DNA from: Squalus acanthias | Lineage: Eukaryota | Length of the DNA: 64,000 nt | Reading direction: 5' to 3' | Assembly: GCA_030390025.1 (NCBI GenBank) | Contig: CM059432.1 | Coordinates: 34,288,001 to 34,352,000 of the forward strand | Part shown: positions 21,575 to 35,235 of the stretch, one piece after another | Position numbering within the stretch: the stretch's first letter is position 1 | Layout: the number at the start of each line of letters is the position of its first letter | Notes under the pieces: generated by a model | Databases searched by the model: none | What the model was told of the DNA's origin: nothing | What the model saw: the letters and a program-made list of their open reading frames with translations, nothing else | Position numbers and translations under genes: made by a program

Positions 21575-24500
21575 ACTCGTCAGGTCGAGAATACATCTGA
21601 GAATCAGGCTAAATATAGAAAGTTCAGAGGAGAAGTGAAAAAGAAAATAAAAGGGGCAAAGGGGGGGATATGAGAGTAGAATGGCAGCTAACATAAAAGG
21701 TAATCCAAAAGTCTTCTATAGGCATATAAATAGTAAACGGGTAATAAGAGGGGCGGTGGGGCCGATTAGGGACCAAAAAGGAGACCTATGCATGGAGGAA
21801 GAGGGTATGGCTGAGGTACTAAATGAGTACTTTGCATCTGCCTTCACCAAGGAAGAGGATGCAGCCATAGACATAGGAGGTAGAGGAGATACTGGATGGA
21901 ATAAGAATTGATAAAGACGAGGTACTAGAAGGACTGGCTGTACTTAAAGTAGGTAAGTCACCAGGACCGGATGGAATGCATCCTAGGATGCTGAGGAACT
22001 GAAGGAAGAAATAGCGGAGGTACTGGCCATAATCTTCCAATCCTCCTTAGAAACGGGAGTGGTGCCAGAGGACTGGAGAATTGCAAATGTTACACCCTTG
22101 TTCAAAAAAGGGTGCAAAAATTGTAATGGAATAAGCCATATTCCAAGAAATACATCATCCTATGAACAGATTTTGAAAATATTAATACATGACATACTGA
22201 GTTTAAAAGTCTGGAAAGCCTCGGCAACACAGGCTGCAAACACAATACAGGCTTCTGAGATAAGGTGAAGTGTTAACAAAAGCTGTAAAACACCACAAGC
22301 TTTGAAATGGGAGATGGTTGTAAACACAAAAACAATGCCCCTATTAAAGCAAACCATTGGTGCTTCCAGAATGTCTAGAGTTTGGAACAAAACAATAGCA
22401 ATGCCCAAGTAAAGTGTTAAAATCTAACACGTCGAACAGGTGCACAGAACATTAAAAAAAACAAGTGCCTTTGTAAAAGTGACATCAAGTAAAAGAAATA
22501 CCTGCCGTAAAATAGTTTTATGTTAAACTTAGAAACAGGAAACACGATTAAATATGCAACCAATTGAAATAGCTAAGTAATGCAAAAAACACCCTGGTTG
22601 AAGTGTTTTTGATTTACAAGTTGTAAAAGGTACAAATAGAGAGGCTTTGAAAATATAATATCAATAGATGACACCAAGCAATCACATTGTTTATGTGTTA
22701 AACTTGGAACACCACGGAGCCACGACGTCTGGCTTACAAGCAGTTAAATGATATTAAGAATTCAATAGAAAGACTTCCTAAGAATAGCATCAAAAGATAA
22801 ATCTGTAATAACCATTTTATGATAGTTTTTGAAACACCTAAAGGTAGAGACAGAATTCTAAAAGTTAGCAGCTGAAATGACAGTAAGAATAGAAAAGAAT
22901 TCAGTAGAGTATCACTAGAGATAATTAGCTTACATCAGCAGGAAACTTCAAAGAAAATACCACTAAAAAAAGGTATAAAAATAGAGCTTTTCAGATAGAG
23001 AGTCACAAGTCGCTGGAAGGGCAAGCATTTCTCAACTTCACAGGCACGCTCTGTAAGTTTTCAACTCTGAGTCTCGGGTAATCAAGGTATTTGATTTTGG
23101 TGGATATTCTGGATTAAGAAATAAGTAGAAGTGTGGAAATATAACGAAGTTAAGATTTGAGAATAAGGATCTCTGATAAGAAATGTAAGCTATTTGTATT
23201 TTGAATGGTTAAAGTTGCGATTGCCATACCAGCTGTTAACTAAATGTCGGTTCTTTAATAAATCTATATATTTTTAAAATTGTCTCAAAGAGTATTTCTG
23301 TATCAATCTCGTGAACTCAATTTCTGTACACTCTTCAGTGAGGAGTTGCAGAATTCTGGGGGGGTTTCCGGACCCTCATAATATCCAGAAGGTTACAGTC
23401 TAGTTAAACTTGTTAAAAGTGCTATCTGGAGGACGGTAACATCTTCAGGCCGTTCCTTTCCTTCAGGGAGAGATAGTCTGAACCATTAGACCCAATTAAG
23501 TGTCTCTAGGATTCGGCTACTGCTAACTTTAGTTGAAGGTGAACGTCTGGGGAATACGCCTGATCTGGGGTAGTCCGAAAGGGCTAGGACTTGTAATAAT
23601 CCCTTCAAAATAAACCCAACAACTATAGGCTGGTCAGTTTAACCTTGGTAGTGGGGAAGCTTTTAGAAACAATAATCAGGGACAAAATTAACAGTCACTT
23701 GGACAAGTGTGGATTAATTAAGGAAAGCCAGCACGGATTTGTTAAAGGCAAATCATGTTTAACTAACTTGATCGAGTTTTTTGATTAGGTAACAGAGAGG
23801 GTTGATGAGGGCAATGCATTTGACGTGGTGTACATGGATTTCCCAAACGCGTTCGACAAAGTGCCACGTAATAGGCTTGCCAGCAAAGTTGAAGCCCATG
23901 GAATAAAAGGGACAATGGCAGCATGGATATGGAATTGGCTAAGTGACAGGAAACAGAGAGTAGTGGTGAACGTTTGTTTTTTGGATTGGAGGAAGGTATA
24001 CAGTGGTGTTCTCCAGGGGTCGGTACTAGGACCACTGCTTTTCTTGATATATATTAATGACTTGGATGTGGGTGTACAGGGCACAATTTCAAAATTTGCA
24101 GATGAAACAAAACTTGGAAGTATAGTGAACAGTGAGGAGGATAGTGATAGACTTCAAGAGGACATAGACAGGCTGGTGGAATGGGTGGACACGTGGCAGA
24201 TGAAATTTAATGTAGAAAAGTGTGAAGTGATGCATTTTGGTAGAAAGAATGAGGAGAGGAAATATAAACTAAAGGGTACAATCCTAAAGGGGATGCATGA
24301 ACAGAGAGACCTGGGGGTATATGTGCACAAATCATTGAAGGTGGCAGGGCAGGTTGAGAAAGCAGTTAAAAAGGCTTACAGGATCCTGGGCTTCAAGAAT
24401 AGAGGCATAGCGTACAAAAGCATGGAAATTATGATGAACCTGTATAAAACACTGGTTCGGCCTCAACTGGAGTACAGTGTCCAATTCTGGGCACCGCACT

Positions 24501-25022
24501 TTAGGAAGGATGTGAAGGCCTTAGAGAGGGTGCAGAAAAGATTTACAAGAATGATTCCATGGATGACTGACTTCAGTTATGTGGATAGACTAGAAAAGCT
24601 GGGATTATTCTCCTTAGAGCAGAGAAGATTGAGAGGAGATTTGATATAGGTGTTCAAAATCATGAGGGGTCTGGACAGAGTAGATAGAGAGAAACTGTTC
24701 CCATTGGCAGAAGGGTTGAGAACCAGAGGACACAGATTTAAGGTGATTGGCAAAAGAACCAAAGGCGACATAACAAAAAACTTTTTAACGCAGCGAGTGG
24801 CTAGGATCTGGAATGCACTGCCTGAAAGGGTGGTGGAGGCAGACTCATACACGGCTTTCAAAAGTGAGTTGAATAAGTACCTGAAAGAAAAATATTTGCA
24901 GGGTAATGGGGAAAGGGCAGGGGAGGAGGACTAGCTGAGGTGCTCTTGCAGAGAGCCAGCACGGGCTCGACGGGCTGAATGGCCTGCTTCCTGTGCTGTA
25001 ACCATTCAATGAATCTATGATC
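21575..25022 (+). mobile_element. 5'-truncated CR1 LINE interrupted by a solo LTR
   Basis: SPGPDGMHPRML, HGF, QGSVLGP, FADE, YSVQFWAP; tail attcaatgaatctatga. Confidence 0.92.
22122..23607 (+). mobile_element. 1,486-bp solo LTR
   Basis: TGTAA...TTCA termini; 4-bp TSD AAAT (22118-22121, 23608-23611); TATAAAA 22974, AATAAA 23257; CR1 sequence rejoins across it. Confidence 0.82.
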
Positions 25023-25064
25023 TGAGTTCACAATGTCTCCCATGGTCCTACACATACACATTAG

Positions 25065-25770
25065 TCCATGTCCACACAAATCCCTGAAGGTAGCAGGACA
25101 GGTAGTTAAGGTGGTTAAGAAGGCATACGGGATACTTTCCTTTATTAGCCAAGGCATAAAATATAAGAGCAGGGAGGTTATGCTAGAACTCAATAAAACA
25201 CTAGTTAGGCCACAGCTAGAGTGCTGCATACAGTTCTGGCCACTACATTACAGGAAAGATGTGATTGCACAAGAGAGGGTACAGATGAGATTTACAAGGA
25301 TGTTGCCAGGACTGGGGAATTTTAGTTATGAGGAAATATTGGATAGGCTGGGGTTGTTTTCTTTGGAACAGATAAGGCTGAGGGGAGACTTGATTGAGGT
25401 GTATAAAATTATGAGGGGCCTAGATAGAGTAGCTAGGTGGAACCTATTTCCCTTAGCAGAGAGGTCAATAAGCAGGGGGCATAGATTTAAAGTAATTTGT
25501 AGAAGGATTAGAGGGGAGTTGAGGAGAAATCTTTTCACCCAGAGGGTGGTGTGAGTCTGGAACTCACTGCCTGAAAGGGTGATAGAGGCAGAAACCCTCA
25601 TCACATTTAAAAAGTACTTGGATATACACTTGAAGTGCCATAACCTACAAGGCTACGGACCAAGAGCTGGAAAGTGGGATTAAGCTGGATAGTTCTTTTT
25701 CGGCCAGCATAGACATGATGGGCCGAATGGCTTCCTTCTGTGCCATAAATTCCTATGATTCTATTATTCT
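25065..25770 (+). mobile_element. CR1 3' fragment
   Basis: HKSLKVAGQV...RGHRFKV...FTQRVV; ctatgattctat tail. Confidence 0.88.
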
Positions 25771-26864
25771 ACATACTGGCTGCTCCCAATCTATGATCAG
25801 GACAGATTCTGGCCCAGTTCTACCGAATCTGGAGATAATTGGTGTGTGGTCCAGGTGCATTTTGGTGTATCTATTAATCCTTCTTTCTATCCAAACTATG
25901 GAACCCCTTAATTCCTTCGGTCTTTCCTCTCTCCTACAATCTACAGGCTGCTTGTTATTTCCCAAGGAGCTGTTATTTTTATTTTGCTGATAAGGATTCC
26001 AATTTGGACAACTTTTGACCCTTTCTACAATGTCCAGTTGGAATAAAATCTAGAGTCATCAAAAACCCAAGCTTAACCCTCACCTATTCATGTTTTTCCT
26101 CACCTTCTCACCACCTCTTTCCTTGATTTGTGGTGTTCTGTGGTATGGGCCCGTACATCTAGGTTTCTCACTGAAAAAATCCCTTGACCTAATTGAACCT
26201 GTTTTGGTTTTCTGATATAGATCTAATGCTAATCTTTTGATTCTGGTCCAGCTCCACCCAACTGACTTCTCCTTGAATTTCAGATCTGGATTCGTCCCTG
26301 GCCCATAATTTAGTTCACATTCTTTTTTCTCTCTCAGCCACTGTCCTTTTCTGTAGCTATCTGGTAAATGTTGCTGATAAGGGACTATAATTTTTTTTGA
26401 CAAACAGGTTCTACATTTCCACAGTGACAACAGTGTCACTTGCATTTCATTTCAGTAAGTGAGCTGGTGTCTATTTCCGAGTTTACTTTTGGCTGGAGCC
26501 TCTCCCAGTCTTGCATTCATTTGCCCAATTAACTCGGCACACAAGGTTGCTCTCCCTCTCTGCTTCTCTTGCTTCTTCCCTCAAAGCCTGCCAGATGGAA
26601 GCTGATAAAGGAAAATAACACTTAGCTAACCTTTGCTAATTGTTTCAAGTGCTGAGAAGGGTAGCAATCTTATCTCCTGAGCTAACATTGCCAAACTGGC
26701 CTGGAAGCAGATTTCAGTGTTTTAACTGAATGGGTCACCTGGAGTGAATTGTTCCGACAGACCTTACTTAACTCTGTTTTTTCCAACATTATGTGCGTTT
26801 CCTCCCTTTCCCCCCTTCCCCACTCCAATTTCCTTCCCTCTTATTCTGAAGCTGCTGACTCAGA

Positions 26865-27097
26865 AAGAAAGGACTTGCATTATATAGCACCTTTCACAAC
26901 TTCAGGACATCCCAAAGCGCTTCACAGCCAATGATGTACTGTTGTAATGTAGGAAGCGTGGCAGCCAGTTTGCGCAGAGCAAGGTCCCACAAATAGCAAT
27001 GAGATAAATGCCCAGATAATCTGTTTTTAGCGATGGTAGTCGAGGGACACTGGGAGAATTCCCCTGCGTTTTCTCATAGTCCCATGGGATCTTGTAC
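26865..27097 (-). mobile_element. DeuSINE partial copy
   Basis: Reverse complement of the tail/core of the 18869 copy. Confidence 0.75.
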
Positions 27098-27512
27098 ATA
27101 GTGTTGTGGTTATGTTACTGGACTAGTAATTCAGAGGATGTGAGTTCAAATACCACCATGACAGATTGATCATTTCAATTCAGTTTTTAAAAATCTAGAA
27201 CTAAAAAGCTGACATCAGTAAAAGTGACCATGAAACTGCCGGTCACTTTAGTCATAAAAACCCAACTGGTTTACGAATGTACTTTAAGAAAGGAAACCTG
27301 CTGTCCTTACCCAGTCTGGCCTATATGTGACTCCAATCCACACTAACATAGTTGACTCTTAACTGCCCTGTGAAATGGCCTAGCAAGCCACACAGTTGTA
27401 TCAAAACTGCTACTATACTGGAACTTCATACCAAGCAGCACTGTGGGAGCACCTTCACCATATGGATTGCAGCGGTTAGAAGGTCCACTACCATGTTCTC
27501 AAGGCAACTAGG
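27098..27512 (+). mobile_element. SINE-like derivative of family A with a longer 3' segment
   Basis: gtggttatgttactggactagtaa head, B-box, body, then cagcactgtgggagcaccttcacc...aaggcaactaggga from the LINE 3' end. Confidence 0.8.
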
Positions 27513-27844
27513 GAGAATCCTACTTATAAGCCTACTTAAACTAACAATATTATGGACATACAAACTAGGAGCCTAAAAGGTTCACTGGGCCCAAAATGTC
27601 CATCACTTTTAAATAGATCAGACACACCCAGGTCAGGTAACAACAGAGGGCAGACTGGCCCTATCAGGAGATTTCCTGAGTGCCCCCGTAAATGGTTTCA
27701 TAGCACTGTATTATTGTCCCCCTCCCTTTTTCCAAGAGAATCCCCCATTATACAATTACTTTTCTGTTGTTTGATTTTTTTTTAACCCAAGGTAGGGGAT
27801 GTCGATGCTGGCTTGTGGAATTTTTCTACCTTCTGCACCCAGTG

Positions 27845-28185
27845 TCAAACACTCCTGGGTGAGGTACAGCATGGGTTAGATACCGAGTATAGCTTCCTCT
27901 ACAACGTCCCATCAAACACTCCCATGCCAGATACATCACGGGTAAGATACAGAGTAAAGATCCATCTACAGTCCCATTAAACACTCCAAGGGCAGATACA
28001 GTACTGGATACATATAGAGTAAAGCTCCCTCTACACTGTCCCATCAAACACTCACAGGGCAGGTACAGCACGGGTTAGATATAGAGTAAAGCTCCCTCTA
28101 CACTGTCCCATCAAACACTCCCAGGGCAGGTACAACACGGGTTAGATACAGAGTAAAGCTCCCTCTACACTGCCACATCAGACAC
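27845..28185 (+). repeat. 67-bp minisatellite (about 5 copies)
   Basis: Unit tcccatcaaacactcccagggcaggtacagcacgggttagatacagagtaaagctccctctacactg; period 28039 to 28106. Confidence 0.9.
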
Positions 28186-29249
28186 TCGCAGTAAGACTTG
28201 CTTGCTGGCAGTGCATTTTGGGAAATTGCAGGCACACTCCCTAAACACTCATACAGCCCGGGACTGGCTTTTTCAAAACTGTGAATGGGCTGCACAGCCC
28301 CTTAAAGGGGCTTTACACCCAAAAAAAATTAGGGGGAACATTAATCACAAGTAGGGCAATAGGTTGCGAGACACTGGAGCAGAATTGAATGAGTTAACGT
28401 GTCCCAGTTGGCAGTCTCCCTGGCCAAGTTTCATCTGCTCAGGCAAACCTCTTGTGTTCAACTTTTTTGGCATCTTCTGCCAGTTTCACCCGAGCATTTT
28501 TTTTTCTGCTGTAAAATGATACTGAATCTTTCAAACCTCCTTTATCTGAATCTATTTCTCATTTACACTGGGATCACTCAATAGCTAGCGGCCCTGACAG
28601 CTAACCGCAAACAATCTTGTTACCTGATATTTTCATTGTGATGGATGACACGTCGAGTTCTCAGTGAAGAGGTGGTGCGGGTTGTTCAGTATCAGCTGTT
28701 ATGAGGCACAGAGTGCCAATGCATTCCTTTATTAAGAAGAGTTTGAACTGGTGTCAAATGCAGTTAGGAGTGCCAACTTGGCTGAGTTGGTAGCTCTCTG
28801 GTCTCTGAGTCAAATGGTTGTGAGTTCAGCCCCCACTCCAAAGGGCTGATTTTTTGAATGAGAACTCAGTGCAATCACAGGAATGATCCACATGATTTGG
28901 AATAACAAAAAATATTCCAAATGTGCACAATCTAAGTTTGGAAAGCCAAGCTAGTAAGGCTGCTCTGGTGGTTCAGGTAGATGTTTAAGATCTCTTGGCA
29001 CTATTAGAAGAGCTGGGTGTCCTGGCCAACATTCCTCCCTCAACCAACACTACCAAAAAAAATAGACTATCATAACAGTCATTGGGGTAGAAATTGGATC
29101 TTGTCACGCCTGTTCTATGGGACCAACAATAAGGACCAATTCCGGGGACCAACGTCCATTTTCGCAAGGAAGCCTGAAAGACATCTAACCCAATACTGGG
29201 TTGGACCATTTTTCAGGGATCTGGGATGGCAGTCTAAAGTACGCATTAA

Positions 29250-29716
29250 AGAAAGAAAGACTTACATTTAAAAAAGCGCCTTTCACAACCTCAGGACGTC
29301 CCAAAGTGCTTTACAGCCAATGAAGTACTTTTGAGGTGTAGTCACTGTTGTAATGTAGGGAATACGGCAGTCAATTTGCGTACAGCAAGCTCCCACAAAC
29401 AGCAATGTGAAAATGCCCAGATAATCTGTTTTTGTTATGTTGAGGGATAAATATTAGCCAAGACACCGGAGATAACTCCCCTGCTCTTCTTCAAAATAGT
29501 GCCATGGGACCTTTTACGTCCACCTGAGAGAGCAAACAGGGCCTAGGTTTTACATCTTATCCAAAAGATGGCACCTCCGACAGGGCAGCACTCCCTCAGT
29601 ACTAGCACTGAAGTGTCAGCCTAGCTTTATGTACTGCAAGTCCCTGGAGTGGGACTTGAACCCCTAACTTTCTGACCTCAGAGGCAAGTGTGCTACCCAC
29701 TGAGCCACAGCTGACA
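29250..29716 (-). mobile_element. DeuSINE full copy
   Basis: Reverse complement match to 18869-19318. Confidence 0.88.
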
Positions 29717-29823
29717 CTCCAACATGGACAAAATTCAGTGCTGCCAGGACAGGAGATCAGGAGGGAAAAACCACTGAAGGAAAAAATATTTTGCAGAAAT
29801 ATGAACATCTGCAATCTTCAAAG

Positions 29824-29990
29824 ATGGATTAACATCAATAGAGATACAGTCAGTAACACATGGTGCTGGCTGGGAGGGGTTACTGAGTGACAGTATGAGG
29901 AAACTGGATTAACATCAGTAGAGATACAGTCAGTAACAAAGGCTACTGGGGGGAGTGACTGGGCCTGAGAGTGTGAGGGACCTGGGTTAA
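29824..29990 (+). repeat. About 80-bp tandem duplication
   Basis: tggattaacatca.tagagatacagtcagtaaca present twice. Confidence 0.75.
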
Positions 29991-30574
29991 GTACTCAGTA
30001 AGAGACTTGTATCTTTGATCATTCATCTCTCTCACACTTGTTAATCAATTAAATATCAGTGTCGATAGAGCTTTACACCTAACCTGTGCTCATCTAATTC
30101 GGGTGTTTTTTCCATTTGTTCTTGGAAAGTGGTCAACACAGGCAAGGCTGCATTTATTTGCCATCCCCAGTTGTCCTGTTTGTATCTGGCCTAGGAATAT
30201 TTGACACGGCAGTGTAGAAGGAGCTTTACTCTCTATCTAACCCATGATGTACTTGACCCGGGAGTGTTTGACACTGACACTCGGTGAAGAAGGTCGAAAA
30301 ATTCCACATGCCAGCATCGACATTCCTTAACTTGGGTTAAACAAAATCCAACAATAGAAACATTATTACATAAAGTGCATAATTTCATATATTAATACAA
30401 TAATTAACAAATTTATAAAGCTAAAATACATTGAAAACCAGCAAAAATATTGCTGAAATAAAAGCAATTTGAAAACACAAAAATAATTGAAAAGGTAATT
30501 AATACTCTCAGAATCTGCTTTAAATCACTTTCAGCTCCAGCCTGGTGGGACCCATACACCTCTTGTTTCAACCA

Positions 30575-31075
30575 AGAACATAAGCATTAGGAGCAGGAGT
30601 GGGACATTCAGCCCCTCGAACCTGCTCCGCCATTCAATAAGATCATGGCTGATCTTCGACCTCAACACTTTTCCGCACAATCCCCATATCTCTTGATTCC
30701 CCTGGAGTCCAAAATCTATCTATCTCAGCCTTGAATATACTCAACGACTCAGCACCCACAGCCCTCTGGGGCAGAGAATTCCAAAGATTCACAACCCTCT
30801 GAGTGAAGAAATTCCTCCTCATCTCAGTCTTAAATGGTCGACCCCTTATCCTGAGACTATGCCCCCTAGTTCTAGACTCTCCAGCCAGGGGAAACAACCT
30901 CTCAGCATCTACCCTGTATCTTATATGCTTCAATGAGATCACCAATGCCAGAGTATAGGCCCAATCTACTCAATCTCTCCTCATAGGAAAACCCTCTCAT
31001 CCCAGGGATCAATCTAGTGAACTATCGTTGCACTGCCTCTAAGGCAAATATGTCCTTCCTCAGATAAGGAGACCA
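30575..31075 (-). mobile_element. CR1 (HER1-type) 3' fragment
   Basis: SRTRGHSLRIRGRPFKTEMRRNFFTQRVV. Confidence 0.88.
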
Positions 31076-31137
31076 AGGAGTATTGTCGGATAGCAGATCC
31101 ACAACAGAGAATGAAAGCCTTTAGGGTTAGAATCATA

Positions 31138-31798
31138 GGGGGCAAAATTCGGTTGCTTTGCACCTCCCATTAGCGCCCTAAGGGGGTGCTAACGGGGCAC
31201 AAAGCATCTAGCGCCCAGGCGTGGCGTCGCTAACACCTCCCACAAAATTCAGCGGGAGGTTAGCGGTGGCGGTAGCCGATAGCGCCCTGTGGCACTGCTC
31301 CTCCGGCGATGACGTCATCGCCGTGCGCAGCGCCCCGCTCGGGCCCCATCCACAAACTTGGGTCGCGCCCCCTGACGTACCGCCAGCCGGGGCGGTGATA
31401 TTTAAAGGGGAGGTGCCAGGCGGCCTTTTTTTTGCTGGCCGCCTGCCAGCACCTGCCAGCACCTGCCCCCTCTGTCCTTCTCCCGCGGGGTGCCGGCCAC
31501 GATCGGTCAGCCCGGCACTCCTCTTGAGTGCCGGGCTCTTTTCTCGGCACCCCGCTCCCTGGTGGCCCAGCTGGGCCCCGGGTTCGTGCTGCGCAAGGCC
31601 CCTTCCCTTTAATAGCACGACGATATTGAGCTGGAGCTCCCCAAGAGGGAGGGGAGCGCTTCCAGTAGTGCCCCGCCTCCTGCTTGGGGCGCTACCATCC
31701 AATTTCAGCTGTGTGTGCGTTAACTTTTTCGGGGCGCTAAAAGGAGCGTCCCTGGCGAAGTTAGCGCCCCAAGGGGGGCGCGACCCAATTTTTCCCCC
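31138..31798. mobile_element. Harbinger-like MITE related to 19333-20224, inserted in a CR1 tail
   Basis: gggggcaaaatt / aatttttccccc termini; TSD ATA. Confidence 0.82.
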
Positions 31799-31801
31799 AT
31801 A

Positions 31802-32108
31802 GATTCTTACAGCACAGCACTCAGCTCATCGTGCCTGTGCCGGCTCTTTGAAAGAGCTATCCAATTAGTCCCACTCCCCCGCTCTTTCCCCATAGCCCTG
31901 CAAAATTCTCCTTTTGAAGTATTTATCCAATTCCCTTTTGAAAATGATTATTGAACCTGCTTCCACCACCCTTTCAGGCAGTGCATTCCAGATCATAACA
32001 ACTTGCTGCGTTAAAAAGATTTCTCCTCATCTCCCCTCTGGTTCTTTTGCCAATTATCTTAAATCTGAGTCCTCTGGTTACTGACCCTGCTGCCAGTGGA
32101 AACAGTTT
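31802..32108 (-). mobile_element. CR1 3' fragment
   Basis: Matches other CR1 3' ends in the window. Confidence 0.85.
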
Positions 32109-32899
32109 GTGTGTTTTTTTTAATTTATTTGCTTTGCAGCCCAAGTCTAATGGAGAGTAATTTGTGAGGGACCATGACTCAAAGCAAATTTCTGATTGTC
32201 AGAATCTGGAATCCCAGGCCACTTGCTTACGAGTAAACAGCGCCTTATCAGATGAGTTTGTTCTCTCGAGAGCAGCGACATTACTTTGCGACGACTTTCC
32301 CACAGGCTGGTTACTGAAACACTCCCCTCTGAGCTGCGTGCAAGTCGTGGTTTTGGAGAAGAAACAAAAAAAACCCTGTGACTCTAATTACTTCTGGGAC
32401 TCCATCGAGACAGTACCATCTTCCGTGTATAAATCTGTGCCAACAGTGCCCCAGAATGCGAGCTATCAAAGGCACAGTGACATGTCAGCGAGTCCATGGA
32501 GAGTATTAATCTCTGAAAGGTTAGACAGATAAGTATTCTTTCGTGGAACAACCCTGAAGATGAGGAGATGCAAAGCCAATTGGAAAACCTACTTGCATCG
32601 CAAGATAAGCCAGCCCAGACGTGCTGCTTCCTCCTGGTTTTCTCCCATCGTCTCCTAAAGGTGCTGCCCTTGGTGGAGAGCCAGCTCGCTGCGAGGGATA
32701 CCACCAAGTTTGACTAAAGAAGACACCAAGCTTAGGTTTTAAAAACCTGTAACTGGATGTGGAAACAAAAATGGAGGGTGGCCCTCAGTGCAGCACAGCC
32801 CCAAGATTGAAAATGGATAGGAGGAAGCGGAGAACATTTAAGGAGGTTAGGAGAAAGAATGAGTCAGAGAGTTGATTTCAACACGGTGAGAGGACATAA

Positions 32900-33120
32900 A
32901 GAGCAAAACCTGCAGATTCTGGAAATCTGAAAGAAACAACAGAATGTCACTGGAATCACATCGTAGGTCAGCCAGCATCTGGGGCGAGGGCGGACAAAGT
33001 CAATGTTTTGCGTGCGAAGCGTTTTGAAGACGGGTCTGCATGCGAATGTTTAGCTTGTCTGTCCTCTCCACAGATGCTGATTGGCCTGCTCTGCGTTAGC
33101 AGCATTTGCTGTATTTGTTA
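32900..33120. mobile_element. Degenerate inverted pair of Penelope-derived tails
   Basis: cagcatctg...cacagatgctg foldback similar to the 8600-8660 sequence. Confidence 0.5.
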
Positions 33121-33535
33121 GCGAGAGCATGTAGGATGACACATTGTGGCTGAAGAAGAACAAGGGCAGCTCTTTTCCAGAGTGACGAAGGTCAGCCACC
33201 CTCCATGAAGTTGCCACTCTTCATGTGTGAGCCCCGATAGTGTGTGCAAGCTATTTGACCATGGGGAGTCTGTTATAGTACCGCTAGCTGAGATCAGCTA
33301 ACTCAGCACTGCCCAGTGATAGCAGTTCAGTCCTTCCTGATCTGAATGATCAGTTCAGAAAGGATTGCAGCAACACAAGGTTGATAAGTAAGAATCCAGG
33401 TCTCAGCAGTGGCCTACTGGTAAAGCATAGGGCAGGATAACAGGGTAGAGCACTGGGCCAGTGTACAACCTCAAATAGTTGTGAAAGTCAAGGAAAATTT
33501 GAGTTTGAGTTGGACGATAACTGTAAATGTGAGAA

Positions 33536-35220
33536 TTTTTTTTTAATTCGTTCCTGGGATGTGGGTATCGCTGGCAAGGCCAGCATTTATTGCCCATTCC
33601 TAGTTGCCCTTGAGAAGGTGGTGGTGAAATGCCTTCTTAAACTGTTGCAGTCCGTGTGGTGAAGGTACTCCCACAGTACTAATAGGGAGGAAGTTCCAGG
33701 ATTTTGACCCAGTGACGATGAAGGAACGGCAATATACTTCCAAGTTAGGATGGTGTGTAACTTGGAAGAGAATTTGGAGGTGGTGGTGCTCCCATGCGCC
33801 TGCTGCCCTTGTCCTTCTAGGTGGTAGAAGTCATGGGTGTGGGAGGTGCTCCCGGAGAAGCCTTGGCAAGTTGCTGCAGTGCATCTTGAAGATGGTACAC
33901 ACTGCAGCCACGGTACGCTGATGGTGGAGGGAGTGAATGTTTAAGGTGGTGGATGGGGTGCCAATCAAGCGGGCTGCTTTGTCCTGGATGGTGTTGAGCT
34001 TCTTGAGTGTTGTTGGAGCTGCACTCATCCAGGCAAATGGAGAGTATTCCATCACACTCCTGACCCACTGGAATTCAGCTCTTTCGTCCATGTTTGGACC
34101 AAGGCTGTAATGAGGTCTGGAGCCGAGTGGTCCTGGCGGAACCCAAATTGGGCATCAGTGAGCATGTTATTAGTGAGTAAGTGCTGCTTGATAGCACTGT
34201 CGATGACACCTTCCATCACTTTGCTGATGATTGAGTGTAGACTGATGGTGCGGTAATTTTCCGGATTGGATTTGTCCTGCTTTTTGTGGACAAGACATAC
34301 CTAGGCAGTTTTCCACATTGTTGGGTATGCCAGTGTTGTAGCTGTACTGGAACAGCTTGGCTAGAGGCACAGCTAGTTCTGGAGCACAAGTCTTCAGCAC
34401 GATATCCGGGATGTTGTCGGGGTCCACAGCCTTTGCTGTATCCAGTGCGCTCAGCCATTTCTTGATATCACGTGGAGTGAATCGAATTGGCTGAAAACTG
34501 GCTTCTGTGAAGGTGGGGACCTCAGAAGGAGGCCGATATGGAAAATCTACTCGGCACTTTTGGCTGAAGATGGTTGCAAACGCTTCAGCCTTGTCTTTTG
34601 CACTCACGTGCTGGGCTCCACCATCATTGAGGATGGGGATATTCATGGAGCCTCCTCCTCCCGTTAGTTGTTTAATTGTCCACCACCATTCATGACTGGT
34701 TGTGGCAGGACTGCAGAGCTTTGATCTGATCTATTGATTGTGGGATCGCTTATCCCTGTCTATAGCATGCTGCTTCCGCTTTTTAGCATGCATGTAGTCC
34801 TGTGTTGCAGCTTCCCCAGGTTGGCACCGCATTTTTAGATATGCCTGGTGCTGCTCCTGGCATGCTCTTCTACACTCCTTATTGAACCAGGGTTGGTCCT
34901 CTGGCTTGGTGGTAATGGTAGAGTGAGAGATATGCCAGGCCATGAGGTTACAGATTGTGGTGAATACAATTCTGCTGCTGCTGTTGGCCCACAGCGCCTC
35001 ATGGATGCCCAATTTTGAGCTGCTAGATCTGTTCTGAATCTATCCCAATTTGCACGGTGGTAGTGCCACACAACACAATGGAGGGTGTCCTCAGTGTGAA
35101 GACGGGACTTCGTCTTCACAATGACTGTGCGGTGGTCACTGCTACCAATGCTGTCATGGACAGATGCATTTGCAACAGGTAAATTGGTGTGAAAGAGGTC
35201 AAGTAGGTTTTTCCCTCGTG
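33536..35220 (-). mobile_element. Family A LINE, 5'-truncated with an internal deletion of the RT core
   Basis: SDH to 3' tail; junction near 34065 skips from ELNS to VRSVMEY. Confidence 0.9.
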
Positions 35221-35235
35221 TTTTTCCCTCGTGTT

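Noticed and set aside
31208..31802. Overlapping GC-rich ORFs / CpG-island promoter
   Set aside because: Lies entirely within a TIR- and TSD-bounded MITE.
32139..32720. Possible host exon after a strong-looking acceptor (tttgctttgcag)
   Set aside because: Stops interrupt every frame and no peptide is recognisable; a non-coding or UTR exon cannot be excluded without RNA data.
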